A DNA stretch of 64,000 bases from an uncultured bacterium. GTDB lineage: Bacteria > UBA8481. A program made the position numbers and the translations under genes. This document shows positions 49,210 through 60,500 of this stretch, piece by piece (the stretch's first letter is position 1; the number at the start of each line of letters is the position of its first letter). The stretch lies in assembly GCA_964499705.1 (NCBI GenBank), contig CAZCME010000012.1, positions 1-64,000 of the forward strand. The letters run 5' to 3'. A model generated the notes under the pieces. That model was given only the letters and a program-made list of their open reading frames with translations, was not told the origin of the DNA and did no database searches.

Positions 49210-50418
49210 ATTCGCGAGCGCGCGACCGCCGTGGGCGACCCAGGAGCTTGTCCAGATACGCTGCGCGGAGTAGAGCATGCCGACGCACAGTGCGGAGCCC
49301 GCGGCGAACCACATGAATCCGCTGGCATAGCTTCCCGTCAGATCCTTCAAAACGCCCATCAACGTCGGGAGAAAAAATCCGCCGATGCCGCCGGCGGCGC
49401 CGACGATACCCGTCACGATGCCGACTTGCGGACCGAACCGGAGCGGCACCAGCTGGAAGACGGCGCCGTTGCCCATCCCGAGCGCCATCATGCCGATGAA
49501 GAGAAGAAGGGTCACGATGGCCAGCGGCGGCAGCATGCCCACGCCTGTCATCGAGACGGCGACGACGAGGAAGAGAACCTGGAGCATGCGGATGCCGCCG
49601 AAACGATCGGCCAGGTGGCCTCCGACCGCGCGGAAAAAACTGCCCGCGAGAACGCAGAGCGTCGTGAAATCTCCGGCGCGCACTTTCGAGAGCCCGTACT
49701 GGTCATTGAAGAAGATCGAGAGAAAACTGGCGAGTCCGACGAACCCTCCGAACGTGATGCTGTACATCAGGCAGAACCGGATCGCGTCCGGCTCCCGAAG
49801 GAGATACAGGTATTCCTTGAACGCTTTCGGGGGCGGCTTGTTCGGGCTCTCTTTAGCCAGGACGGCGAAGAGGAGAAAGACGATCGAGAGAGGAATCGCG
49901 GCGATCGCGAAGACGCCGCGCCATCCGAAGAGTTCCGCAAGGCGCGGCGCAAAGAGCGTGGCGAGAAGCGTGCCGCTGTTGCCGGCGCCGGCGATGCCCA
50001 TGGCCAGGCCTTGGTATTGGGCCGGATACCAGCGCGACGCGAGCGGCAAGGCGACGGCGAAACTCGCTCCGGCCACACCGAGGAGCACTCCGACAATCAG
50101 CATCTGGCTCCACGTGTCACTGAAGAGCCAGCCTCCCAGGAGTGGAACCAGGGTAAGGCCCATGCCCAGCATCGCGGTATTTTTCGAGCCCCATCGCTCG
50201 GCCAGAAGGCCGGCGGGAATTCGCAGGAGCGCGCCGCCCAGGATGGGAACGGCGGTGAGAAAACCCTTCTGAGAAGCGGAGAGCGCGAAATCGTGGCTGA
50301 TGTACGCGCCGAGCGCGCCGAGGAGAATCCAGATCATGAAGCTGACGTCGAAATAGAGAAAGGACATGGCGAGCGTGGGCTTGTGTCCCGCCTTCAAGAA
50401 ACCCCTGATATCCGCCAT
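49204..50418 (-). CDS. NarK/NasA family nitrate/nitrite MFS transporter
   Basis: [53 protein letters not shown]. Confidence 0.93.
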   Translation of the reverse strand: MADIRGFLKAGHKPTLAMSFLYFDVSFMIWILLGALGAYISHDFALSASQKGFLTAVPILGGALLRIPAGLLAERWGSKNTAMLGMGLTLVPLLGGWLFSDTWSQMLIVGVLLGVAGASFAVALPLASRWYPAQYQGLAMGIAGAGNSGTLLATLFAPRLAELFGWRGVFAIAAIPLSIVFLLFAVLAKESPNKPPPKAFKEYLYLLREPDAIRFCLMYSITFGGFVGLASFLSIFFNDQYGLSKVRAGDFTTLCVLAGSFFRAVGGHLADRFGGIRMLQVLFLVVAVSMTGVGMLPPLAIVTLLLFIGMMALGMGNGAVFQLVPLRFGPQVGIVTGIVGAAGGIGGFFLPTLMGVLKDLTGSYASGFMWFAAGSALCVGMLYSAQRIWTSSWVAHGGRALANS

Positions 50419-50463
50419 AATGTTGATTCCTCCGCGTTGGAATACTGCGATCACGGTGCATAA

Positions 50464-50479
50464 AGCAAGCCATGTGCCA
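50464..50479 (-). promoter_or_regulatory. Sigma54 promoter of the NarK gene
   Basis: Minus strand TGGCACATGGCTTGCT, a full match to the consensus. Confidence 0.88.
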
Positions 50480-50571
50480 CATTGAGTTTCCACGCGTTCC
50501 GAATTCTTCCATCATCGGATTGATCATTTTATTCAGTAGAACGATTAAAAGTCTCCTATCATCGGCGCACT

Positions 50572-52494
50572 ATGAATCACGGACAAGATCATCCTCATGA
50601 CTCCCATCATGACCATTCGCATGGACACGGGCATGGTCACGGGCATGGTCACGGGCATGGTCACGGGCATGGGCACGGGCATGGGCACATCACCCGCGCG
50701 GAGATTGCGCGGCTGATCTTCACCGCGGGAGCGGCGGGATTCCTGTGGGTGACCGAAGAGAACGCGTCAACAGGCATCCGGCTTTTCGGTTTCTTCGCGG
50801 CAGCGCTCGGCGGCTATCCGATCTATCAGCATGCGCTTGCCGACATATACCGGCGGCGCATGACGATGGAGCTTTCCATGACGATCGCTCTCCTGGCCGC
50901 GCTCTTGATCGGAGAATTCTTCACGACGCTCGTCATCATCTTCTTCGTGCTCCTCGCGGAAATCCTGGAAAGCCTCACCGTGGATCGAGGCCGCATGGCG
51001 ATCGGATCGCTGCTGGCTCTTCTGCCCAACCAGGTGACGGTGCGTGTCAATGGGGAAATGGCCGAGGTTACCGTCGACAAGCTCGTTGCCGGAAGCATCG
51101 TCGTCATCCGGCCCGGCGCGCGGATACCGGTCGACGGCGACGTGATCGCCGGAGATTCGTATGTGGATCAGTCCACGATCACGGGCGAATCGATCCCGAT
51201 CGAGAAGACGACCGGATGCTCCGTATACGCCGGGACATTCAACCAGTCAGGTATTCTCGAGATCAGGACGAAAGGTGTCGGACGGGACACGGCATTCGGA
51301 AGGATCATCGATACGGTGGAGAAGGCCGAGCAGGCGCGGGCGCCGATCCAGAAGATCGCCGACAGGCTGGCAGGATATCTCGTCTACTTCGCGATCGCCT
51401 GTGCGATCCTCACTTTCTATTTCTCGCGGGATGCGCGCGCCACGATATCCGTCGTCATCGTCGCCGGAGCCTGCGGCGTCGCGGCGGGCACGCCGCTGGC
51501 CATTCTCGGAGCGATCGGAACGGCGGCCCGGGAGGGAATCATCATCAAGGGCGGCATACCCCTGCAGCTGCTCGCCGGCGTCAACACCGTCGTTTTGGAC
51601 AAGACCGGCACGATCACGAGCGGCCGGCCGAAGGTGATCGCGATTCATCCGGCGCGGGGAGTCACCGAGCGGATGGTGCTCGAAGCCGCAGCGCTGGCCG
51701 AGCGAAAATCGGAACATACGTTGGGGAGCGCCGTCATCAGAAAAGCGGACGAGGAAGGAATTCCCGCGAGGGAACCGGAGCGGTTTCAATATCTGCCGGG
51801 ACGGGGGATCGTCTGTTCCGGAGACGGCGGCGAGATCGTGGTCGGCAATCGGCCATTTCTTGAGTCGCGTGGAATCAACGTCGGAACGGGCGAACAGGCC
51901 TCGACGGCGTCGTCCGAAATTCACGTGGCGGAAAACGGCCGATTTCTGGGCACCATACTCCTGGCCGACACGGTCCGTCCCGAGGCTGCAAACGCCATCA
52001 GGGACCTGCACGGTCTGGGCATCCGGACATTCATACTCTCCGGCGATTCCTCCGCCATCACGAGTCAGATCGCCGGTGAACTGGGGATTTCCAACGCGGA
52101 AGCGGAGCTGCTGCCGGATGAAAAGCTCGCGCGCATCGACGCGCTCCGGGAATCCCGCCACACCGTCGCCATGATCGGCGACGGCATCAATGACGCCCCG
52201 GCGTTGACGCGCGCCCACGTCGGTGTCGCGATGGGATCCGGCACCGACGTGGCGAGGGAATGCGCCGACATCGTCCTCATCGGCAACGATCTCCACAAGT
52301 TCGTCGACGCGATCAAGGCCTCGCGCCGATGCCTCGGGATCATCCGCGCGAACTTCGCCGGCACCATCATCGTCGACAGCATCGGGCTCATCCTCGCCTC
52401 GATGGGGCATCTCTCCCCCCTCTTCGCGGCCTTCATTCACGTCTCGTCGGAACTGGCCTTCATCCTGAACTCAGCGCGGCTTGTGCGGAGATAA
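50572..52494 (+). CDS. Heavy-metal P1B-type ATPase with His-rich N-terminus
   Basis: TGES, DKTGT, SEH, GDGINDAP. The TM metal-site region reads GACGVAAGTP instead of CPC. Confidence 0.93.
   Translation: MNHGQDHPHDSHHDHSHGHGHGHGHGHGHGHGHGHGHGHITRAEIARLIFTAGAAGFLWVTEENASTGIRLFGFFAAALGGYPIYQHALADIYRRRMTMELSMTIALLAALLIGEFFTTLVIIFFVLLAEILESLTVDRGRMAIGSLLALLPNQVTVRVNGEMAEVTVDKLVAGSIVVIRPGARIPVDGDVIAGDSYVDQSTITGESIPIEKTTGCSVYAGTFNQSGILEIRTKGVGRDTAFGRIIDTVEKAEQARAPIQKIADRLAGYLVYFAIACAILTFYFSRDARATISVVIVAGACGVAAGTPLAILGAIGTAAREGIIIKGGIPLQLLAGVNTVVLDKTGTITSGRPKVIAIHPARGVTERMVLEAAALAERKSEHTLGSAVIRKADEEGIPAREPERFQYLPGRGIVCSGDGGEIVVGNRPFLESRGINVGTGEQASTASSEIHVAENGRFLGTILLADTVRPEAANAIRDLHGLGIRTFILSGDSSAITSQIAGELGISNAEAELLPDEKLARIDALRESRHTVAMIGDGINDAPALTRAHVGVAMGSGTDVARECADIVLIGNDLHKFVDAIKASRRCLGIIRANFAGTIIVDSIGLILASMGHLSPLFAAFIHVSSELAFILNSARLVRR
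50626..50685 (+). repeat. 5 x 12-bp tandem repeat encoding (HG)n
   Basis: CACGGGCATGGT x3 followed by CACGGGCATGGG x2. Confidence 0.9.
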
Positions 52495-52562
52495 TACGGG
52501 GACAGTATACTATTTTCCGTGAATTTATTCACGGAAAATAGTATACTGTCCCCGTATTATCT
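52489..52562. repeat. Perfect 36-bp-arm palindrome between convergent genes
   Basis: AGATAATACGGGGACAGTATACTATTTTCCGTGAAT-TT-ATTCACGGAAAATAGTATACTGTCCCCGTATTATCT. Confidence 0.92.
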
Positions 52563-52571
52563 GTACCCGTA

Positions 52572-53747
52572 TTACAACCGGGCGGTGAGGAGGGTGGAGA
52601 CTTCATCCTCGTGGAGGATGATCGGATTCTGCTTCATGTCGGCGCCGGTCGCCAATGCGGCGCAATCGATCGGTTCGATGCCATAAGCGGCGAGTCGCCG
52701 GAGCGGTAAACGATCCGTCCATCCACGGAGTCGAGCGACAAGTCGATCGCAGCCCGTCGCGTTGTCGATGTCTTCGCCACAGAGAAGGCCGCCCACCGCA
52801 GCATACCGGGCCAGGGCCGGATGGGAAGGATCCCTCTCGCGGAGCGCGGCGATGTTTCTCTCCACGGAGGCGGCGAGAAGCGTGCCACAGACCATGCCGT
52901 GCGGCGCGGGCCATCGACCTCCGATGGGCCCGGCCAGGCCGTGCACGATGCCAAGGCCCGCGTGGGCGAGGACAAATCCTGAACAGTAGGCGGCGAGCGC
53001 CATCGCTCCGCGCGCGTCGAGATCCTGCGCGCCTTCTCCACAGACATGCAAAAGAGATCGCGATGCGAGACGCATGCCTTCCCATGCGAACGCGTCCGTC
53101 AACGGCGTCGCTTTCGGCGATACGTAACCCTCGAGAAGTTGCGTGAACGCGTCCATTCCGCTCGCGGCGGTCTGGTCGGTCGAGCAGCTTGTCATGAGCT
53201 CGGGATCCAGCACCGCGATGTCGGGAACGAGATTGTCATGGCGAATGGATCGCTTGAAACCATCAACTCCGACTTCGGAGAGAACGGCATTCTTCGTGGA
53301 CTCGCTACCGGTTCCCGCCGTCGTGGGCGCAGCGATGAAGGGCGATTTTTTCCCGGAGTGCGGCCTTGAGCCGGGAAGACCCTCCAGGTGTTCACGAACG
53401 GAATGCGAGGAAGGGATCATGGCCGATATCGCCTTGCCGGCATCGAGCGAACTGCCTCCACCGATGGCGACAACCACCTGCACGCCTTCGGCGCGGGCGG
53501 ACGCGGCGGCATTGTCCACAATGGCGGGCGAAGGTTCGCTTGCGATCCTGATGCGGGAAAAATGGACACCGGAGGCCTGGAGTCCGTGCGCCATCGCGAC
53601 CCAGGCGCCGCTTGCATCGAGCGACGTTCCTCCCGTCACGACAAGCGCGCGCTCGCCGAAACGTCGAATCAATTCGGGAATTCGTCGCGCCGTGCCCGGG
53701 CCATAATGCAGCTCCGGCATGCGCGCGTGAATGAACGCGGGGATCAC
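52572..53747 (-). CDS. Iron-containing alcohol dehydrogenase
   Basis: GGGSSLDAGK; PTTAGTGSE; GMDAFTQ; GLGIVHG; APHG. Confidence 0.92.
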   Translation of the reverse strand: MIPAFIHARMPELHYGPGTARRIPELIRRFGERALVVTGGTSLDASGAWVAMAHGLQASGVHFSRIRIASEPSPAIVDNAAASARAEGVQVVVAIGGGSSLDAGKAISAMIPSSHSVREHLEGLPGSRPHSGKKSPFIAAPTTAGTGSESTKNAVLSEVGVDGFKRSIRHDNLVPDIAVLDPELMTSCSTDQTAASGMDAFTQLLEGYVSPKATPLTDAFAWEGMRLASRSLLHVCGEGAQDLDARGAMALAAYCSGFVLAHAGLGIVHGLAGPIGGRWPAPHGMVCGTLLAASVERNIAALRERDPSHPALARYAAVGGLLCGEDIDNATGCDRLVARLRGWTDRLPLRRLAAYGIEPIDCAALATGADMKQNPIILHEDEVSTLLTARL

Positions 53748-54052
53748 CACTCCTCACGAGCGAGGGGAAAAAGCGGAAGATACGGGTCGCCGCGCCGCGG
53801 CTCGGCCATCCATTCGTTGACCGCATCGCGCCACGCCTGGTAGTGAGCCGTCGACTTATGCGCCGCCGCGGCCTCGTCGGATTCCCACACTTCATACAGG
53901 AGAAAGACCGTCGGATCGTTCCGGCCCTGATGAACGTCGAAGCGGACATTGCCCGGCTCCTCGATCGAGCCCAGGTGATTCCGGCGCGTCGCCTCGATGA
54001 AATCCGCCACTCGATCCGGCTTCACGCGGACGTGCACCGCCGTGACGATCAT
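53744..54052 (-). CDS. LsrG-like / antibiotic biosynthesis monooxygenase (ABM) protein
   Basis: EPGNVRFDV...FLLYEVW...AHKSTAHYQAWRDAV..WMAEPR. Confidence 0.88.
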   Translation of the reverse strand: MIVTAVHVRVKPDRVADFIEATRRNHLGSIEEPGNVRFDVHQGRNDPTVFLLYEVWESDEAAAAHKSTAHYQAWRDAVNEWMAEPRRGDPYLPLFPLAREEW

Positions 54053-54936
54053 GAATTCAGATTCTCCACGTCGACCGAGACCTTCATGACGGTTTCTCCT
54101 CCGCCGAGAATCACGCCCTTGATGGGGCTCACGTCGCCGAAGTCGCGGCCCCAGGCGAGCGTAATGTGCTGGTCGGTCGGGATGCAGTTGTTCGTCGGAT
54201 CGTAATCGACCCAGCCGGCGATGCCCGCCTCATGGCCCGGGGAATATACGGAGATCCAAGCATGGGACGCATCGGCGCCTTTCAATTTCTCCCTGCCGGG
54301 CGGAGGCGACGTCAGGAGATATCCGCTGACATACCGCGCGGCCAGCCCCATGCTCCGGAGGCACGCGATCTCGAGATGCGCGAAATCCTGGCAGACTCCC
54401 TTGCGGGTTCGCATCACTTCCGAGAGCGGCGTCGAGATCGTCGTCGCGAACTTTTCATAATGAAAATCCCGATGGATGCGCGCCGTCAGGTCGGAGACGG
54501 CCGCGCCCAGCGATTGCCCGGACGGAAAAGATTCGCTCGCATACGCCCTGACCTCCGATTCGATGGAGACCATGGGCGACTCGAATGCGAACGCGTAGGC
54601 GTCGCCGTTCTGCGGACGGAAATCGTGGATCCTTTCCCGGGCGGCTTCCCAGGTTTCCCCCAGGGACGGAAGCGGCGCCGGGATGATCTCGACCTGGCTG
54701 GTGGCGGTCACTTCGAACGACTGATGCGCCTCGGGCACCGTGAAGAAGGTGACCTTGTTGCCGAACGCATCGTAGGTCTCGGAGAGAGATGACGGAGCCG
54801 GATCGACCGAGAGCCGGTGAGCGCGGCAGAACTGTCGGCCCGATATTTCTCGCGGGCTCAGGTACAGAGCGTTGTGGCTCATGATAACGGGCTCCGTGTA
54901 GAGATACTGCGTCATGTGATAAATGCTGAGAAACAT
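54049..54936 (-). CDS. Transglutaminase-like protein (Bact_transglu_N plus core)
   Basis: IYHMTQYLY; triad GVCQDFAH, HAW, YDPT; WGRDFGDV. Confidence 0.93.
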   Translation of the reverse strand: MFLSIYHMTQYLYTEPVIMSHNALYLSPREISGRQFCRAHRLSVDPAPSSLSETYDAFGNKVTFFTVPEAHQSFEVTATSQVEIIPAPLPSLGETWEAARERIHDFRPQNGDAYAFAFESPMVSIESEVRAYASESFPSGQSLGAAVSDLTARIHRDFHYEKFATTISTPLSEVMRTRKGVCQDFAHLEIACLRSMGLAARYVSGYLLTSPPPGREKLKGADASHAWISVYSPGHEAGIAGWVDYDPTNNCIPTDQHITLAWGRDFGDVSPIKGVILGGGETVMKVSVDVENLNS

Positions 54937-54952
54937 CGTTCTACCGGGCCCC

Positions 54953-57511
54953 TCAGGTTTCCGCGCGCAGGAGAGCGAGCGACCGGGCCGGCGTGGCGTG
55001 CGAAAGATACTGGCGCGTGATCTCGTTCGAGAGCGAAGGCAGATCGGCCTGCATCCGGTCCAGCAGGCGCGCCAGAGCCGTCCGGTGGCCGTTTTCCTCG
55101 ATGCAGAGCGCATTCGCGTCCGCCAGGCGCAGGTTCGTGAGATTCGCAAGCACGATGCGATCGAGCGGCTCGAGGACCGGCGCTTCGCGGTCGTGAGGAA
55201 GATTCGCGATGTGCTCCGCCAGCGCGGCGAACTGGAACGCGACGGATCGCGGATTCGTCTCGTCCGTCATCAGGAGATCGACAACCGGCGCCAGCTGAAG
55301 GCCGCTCCGGTACCGCGAGCGATATGTCATGATGCTGTCCATCATCTCGAGGACGCCCTCCATGAGCAGCGGTTCCTGCTCGATCGATTCGCAGAGCGTT
55401 CCGCGGATCACGCCGACCGTATCGAAGGCGCGCTCGATCCTCCGGCCCGTATCCAGCAGCCGCCATCCCTGCCCGCGCGTCATGCTCTCCATCCCGATGC
55501 CGCTGTAAGCCGCGAGGACGAGGATCAGGCGGTCGAGAAGATCGCGCAGGCTCCCGATGCGCCGGTCTCCGTTGGTTCCGAAACCGGTCGAGCCCGTCCC
55601 GGTCGCTCCCGAGCGTCCCATCTCGTCCTCGAGCCGCTTCAGGATGCGCCATCCGTCCGGCGAAATCCGATCGCGCACGATGGAAGCGACGCGGCTGAGA
55701 GCCGAAAGGGTCGAGCGGAGCTGACCGGACTTTCCTTCCTCGAGAATAAAAGCGGCGATCGCCGCTTCACGCTTCTTCTGCTCGTCGTCCGTCGAGATCT
55801 CGACAAGCTCCGGCGGAAACTGATGTCTCGACGCCATGACACCGAGCAGTCTCGTGAGATCGGATCTCTGCCCGGGACCGGATTCATCGAGCATCCTGTC
55901 AATGACGGAACGCAACAGGCGGACTGTTCCTTCGGCTCGCTCGATGTAGCGGCCGAGCCAGAAGAGATTATCCGCGACGCGGCTCGACAGCTCGCGCTCG
56001 CCGCGCGACAGTTCCAGCGGCGCCGTCCCCGATATGGGCGCCTGCTCGGTGTCGTCGGGCGCGGCCAGGACCCATGTATCCTTGCTGCCGCCGCCCTTCT
56101 GCATCGAGACGACGAAGGAATCCGGCGCGGCCGAGACGCGCGTCAATCCCCCCGGCATCACCTCGTACGTCGCGCCCGACGCGGCGAGATGCGCGCGGAG
56201 AATGACATGGCGCGGAGCGAGGCCGTTGCCATCGAAAACCGGCGACGTCGAGAGCTGAACCTGCTCCTGGCCTACATACTCGTGCGGCTTCTCGCGGATC
56301 CGCGCGATGAGTTCCTCGCGTTCGGCGCCGGAGAGTTTCTCTCCCCAGTAGGCCGGTCCGGTCGAGAACGGAATCGCATGCTTGACGACAATCGAGCCGA
56401 TGTTCTCCTCCACGTAGCGGCGTTCCCGCTCCTGCCCGCACCACCACGTCGCGACGGACGGCAACAGCAAATCCTCATCGAGAAGCCTCTCGCATAGCCC
56501 GGGAAGGAACGGCAGGATCCCCGCGGATTCGACGAGGCCCGTGCCGAGGGCGTTCGCGATCGCGACGTTGCCGGCGTGAGCGGCGCGGACAAGCCCGGGA
56601 ACGCCGAGCATCGACTCGGTGCGAAGCTCCAGCGGATCGCAGAAATCATCGTCCACGCGACGGAGAATGACGTCGACTCTTCGCAATCCGCCCAGCGTCT
56701 TGAGATAAACCATCCTGTCGCGGACCGTCAGGTCTTCTCCCTCCACAAGCGAGTATCCGAGATACCGGGCCAGGTAGGCGTGTTCGAAATATGTCTCATT
56801 GTAAGGGCCGGGAGTCAGGACGACGATGAGCGGATTCTCGCGGCCGCGCGGAGCGAGATTCGCCAGCGTCGCGCGCATGACGCTGAAGAAGCGCGCGAGA
56901 CGCTCGACGCGGCACGCGTGAAAGGCCTGCGGCAGAACGCGGCGGAGCACGATGCGGTTTTCGAGCGCGTAGCCGGCTCCGGAAGGATTCTGCACGCGAT
57001 CCGAGAGCACCCACCATTGGCCGTTCGGCGAACGTGCGAGCTCGACGGCCGTGACATGAAGATAGGTGCCGCCGGGAACATCGAGCCCGATGCAGGGGCG
57101 GAGGAATCCGCGATGAGCGAAGACGAGTTCGGGCGGAAGAAGCTTGTCCCGAAGAAGTGTCTGAGGACCGTACAGATCCGTAAGGATGGCGTTCAGCAGT
57201 CGCGCGCGCTGGATAAGCCCCGCTTCCAGCATGCGCCATTCCCCGGCGTCGATGACGAGGGGAAGCGCATCGAGTTCCCATGGGCGGTCGAGCCCTTTCG
57301 GATCGCCGTAGACATTGTAGGTGACGCCGTTTTCGCGGAGCAATCGCTGCGCTTCCACCCAGACGCGCTTCAGCTCATCGGTGCCCATCGCTCCGGCCAC
57401 GGAAGCGAACGTATCCCATCGCGCCCGCAATCCGCCGCCCGGCTCGCGCATCTCGTCGTAGACGCCGGGAGGCGATTGATACGCGCCGAGAATTCCATTC
57501 AAAGGCGTCAC
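54953..57511 (-). CDS. Circularly permuted ATP-grasp (type 2) fused to alpha-E domain
   Basis: PSGAGYALENR; TPGPYNETYFEH; VMPGGLTRV; GGGSKDTWV; alpha-E ADNLFWLGRYIERAE and GRRIERA. Confidence 0.93.
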   Translation of the reverse strand: MTPLNGILGAYQSPPGVYDEMREPGGGLRARWDTFASVAGAMGTDELKRVWVEAQRLLRENGVTYNVYGDPKGLDRPWELDALPLVIDAGEWRMLEAGLIQRARLLNAILTDLYGPQTLLRDKLLPPELVFAHRGFLRPCIGLDVPGGTYLHVTAVELARSPNGQWWVLSDRVQNPSGAGYALENRIVLRRVLPQAFHACRVERLARFFSVMRATLANLAPRGRENPLIVVLTPGPYNETYFEHAYLARYLGYSLVEGEDLTVRDRMVYLKTLGGLRRVDVILRRVDDDFCDPLELRTESMLGVPGLVRAAHAGNVAIANALGTGLVESAGILPFLPGLCERLLDEDLLLPSVATWWCGQERERRYVEENIGSIVVKHAIPFSTGPAYWGEKLSGAEREELIARIREKPHEYVGQEQVQLSTSPVFDGNGLAPRHVILRAHLAASGATYEVMPGGLTRVSAAPDSFVVSMQKGGGSKDTWVLAAPDDTEQAPISGTAPLELSRGERELSSRVADNLFWLGRYIERAEGTVRLLRSVIDRMLDESGPGQRSDLTRLLGVMASRHQFPPELVEISTDDEQKKREAAIAAFILEEGKSGQLRSTLSALSRVASIVRDRISPDGWRILKRLEDEMGRSGATGTGSTGFGTNGDRRIGSLRDLLDRLILVLAAYSGIGMESMTRGQGWRLLDTGRRIERAFDTVGVIRGTLCESIEQEPLLMEGVLEMMDSIMTYRSRYRSGLQLAPVVDLLMTDETNPRSVAFQFAALAEHIANLPHDREAPVLEPLDRIVLANLTNLRLADANALCIEENGHRTALARLLDRMQADLPSLSNEITRQYLSHATPARSLALLRAET

Positions 57512-60500
57512 GGTTTTCTGCGGAGATCGAGCGTGAAGGGAAACGAGGCGTTGGGTTCATCTTCCGCCAGCGTCATGGATCCGGGAGTATGGCCATGCCG
57601 GAAAAAGCGCGATACGCGGCGGCTCTCCGCTTCGGAGGCGTTCACGGGAAACGTTTCCCACGACAGTCCGCCCGGATGAGAAACGTGGTATGTCGCGCCG
57701 CCGAGAGAACGGCCGGCGCGCAGATCGACGAGATCAAACAGGAGCGGCGTATCGACGGGAATCGTGGGATGAAGGCAGGATGGAGGCTGCCACGCGCGAT
57801 ACCGCACTCCCGCGACCCCTTCGCCCGCCACGCCCGTCGCTCGGATCGGGACGCGGCGCGTATTGCACGCCACGGCATGACGACCCGGGATGAGGCCCTT
57901 GGCGTGGATCTGGAGCCGCTCCACGGAGGAATCGACGTAGCGCGTCTGCGCGCCGCCGGCCGGTTCTTCGCCGAGCACGTGCCACGGTTCGAGCGCCTGC
58001 CGGATTTCCAGCTCCACGCCGTCGATCACACGCGTACCGAGAACAGGAAAACGGAACTCGATATGCGGCGCGAACCAATCCGACCGCACGGGATAGCCGT
58101 GATCGCGGAGATCATCGATCACCTCGCGGAAGTCCGATGCGACAAACCAGGGAAGCATGAACCGGTCGTGCAGCGCCGTCCCCCACGCGACAAGATCGTG
58201 CTGATAGGGCGTCTTCCAGAATCGCGCGACAAGGGCGCGCAGGAGGAGTTGCTGCGCGAGGCTCATCCGCGCATGCGGCGGCATCTCGAAGGCGCGAAGC
58301 TCGACGAGGCCCAGCCGCCGGCCGGCGGCATCCGGAGAGTAGAGCTTGTCGATGCAGAACTCCGCGCGGTGCGTGTTGCCCGTGACGTCCACGAGGAGAT
58401 GTCGGAAGATCCGGTCCACGATCCAGAGCGGGCTCTTCTCCATGGAATCCGGAATCTGCCGGAAAGCGATTTCCAGCTCGTACAGCGCGTCATCGCGCGC
58501 TTCGTCGACGCGCGGCGCCTGGCTCGTCGGACCGATGAAGAGCCCGGAGAAGAGATACGAAAGCGACGGATGATTATTCCAGTATGCAACGAGGCTGCGG
58601 AGCAGATCGGGGCGGCGGAGCACGGGGCTGTCCGCGGGAGTCGGTCCGCCGATGATGACATGATTACCTCCGCCCGTGCCGGTGTGCTTGCCGTCGATCG
58701 CGAACTTGTCCGTGCCGAGGCGGCAGGAGCGGGCTTCGTCATAAAGCGCGACTGTCTTCTCGACCAGCTCCCGCCACGAGGAGGAAGGATGAATATTGAC
58801 TTCGAGGACCCCCGGATCGGGCGCGATCGTGAAGCGATCAAGCCGCGGGTCGTGGGGAGGTTCGTAACCTTCCATACGAACGGGCTGGTTCAGGCGCGCG
58901 GCCGTCTCTTCGACGGCGCCGACAAGCGCGAGATATTCCTCCAGCTTGCCGAGCGGCGGCATGAAGACATGGAGGCGCCCATCGCGAGGTTGCACGCAGA
59001 GGGCGGTTGTAAAGTGGAGATCCTTCTCCGCGGTCGCTTCCTCGGCAGGAGGCGGAACATCGGCAAGCGGAGCACGATCTTCCAGCGGATCCCGCTCCTC
59101 GATTCCCGCTTTTTTCTCCGGAGGCGCCCAGACGAGAGAATCGAGTGGGAGCCGGTATCCCATGGGTGAATCGCCGGGTAGCAGGAAGCAGTGCGGCGAT
59201 CGGAACTTCCACCGGGCGCTGGCCCACCTCACGCCCGCTTCTCGTGTTTTCGGCAGGAGAGGAACGAGAAATCCCACGACCTTGCCGAGACCCTCCTCGA
59301 AAATCCTCGCCAGGCGATCCCGTTCCTGCGGATCCTTCATCTTCGAATCCCGCGGATCGACATTGACCGGCAGCCGGCGTTCCTTCAGCAGATACTGGAA
59401 GACATCCTCATACGCCGGCAGAACGCAGTCGTCGGGAAGACGAAGCCGTTCCGCCAGAGCCCTGATGTATTTTTCCGCGGCACCATCCGGCAAACGGGAC
59501 GGAGTCGTGGCGTCATCCACGAGGTCATGGTTATTCCAGACGGGCTTCCCATCCTTGCGCCAGAAGCAGCCCAGAGCCCACCGGGGCAGGGGTTCGCCGG
59601 GATACCATTTCCCCTGTCCGAAATGCAACGCGGCACCGGGAGAAAACCGCGCGCGCATTTTTTTCAGGAGCTCCCCTGCCAGCTTCCGCTTCTCCGCTCC
59701 CAGCGCATCGAAGTTCCACTCCTCCGCATCGCCGTTCTCGATCGAGACAAACGTCGGCTCGCCGCCCATCGTCAGCCGGACATCATGTTTCTCGAGATCC
59801 CGATCCACCCTGTCGCCGAGCGCTTGAATCTCGCTCCATGTTTCCTCCGTGTAAGGTTTGGTCACCCGGGGATCCTCATGGATTCTCCTGACGGACATCT
59901 CGACGGAGAATTCGGACTGGCACGGACTGGTTCCGCCGGTGACGGCAGCGGCCGTAGCCGGAGCGGGCGTCGCGGCGAGCGGGATGTGTCCCTCGCCGGC
60001 CAGGAGGCCCGAGGTCGGATCGAGGCCGATCCAGCCCGCGCCGGGCAGGTAGGCTTCGACCCAGGCGTGAAGATCCGTGAAATCTTTTTCCGGGCCGGGC
60101 GGACCATCCAGGGGCTTTTCGTCGGGAGCAAGCTGAATGAGGTATCCCGAGACAAAGCGCGCGGCGAATCCCAGGTGCCTCAGCACCTGGACCATGAGCC
60201 ACGCGGAGTCGCGGCAGGAACCGCTTTTTCGGCCGAGCGTTTCCTCGCAGGTCTGAACGCCCGGCTCCATCCGGATGATATATCCGACCTCGTTCTGCAC
60301 CTGCCTGTTGAACTCCACGAGCGCATCGACTGTTCGTTTCCTGGACCGGTCGAAAGACGCGATGAATTTCTCGAAGTGCGGCCCGGCCGGATCGGTCCTC
60401 AGGTACGGCTCGAGATCCTCCTGCTCGATCGCATCATAGGGAAACGGATATTCCTCCGCGAACGGCTCCAGGAAAAAATCGAACGGATTGATGACCGTCA

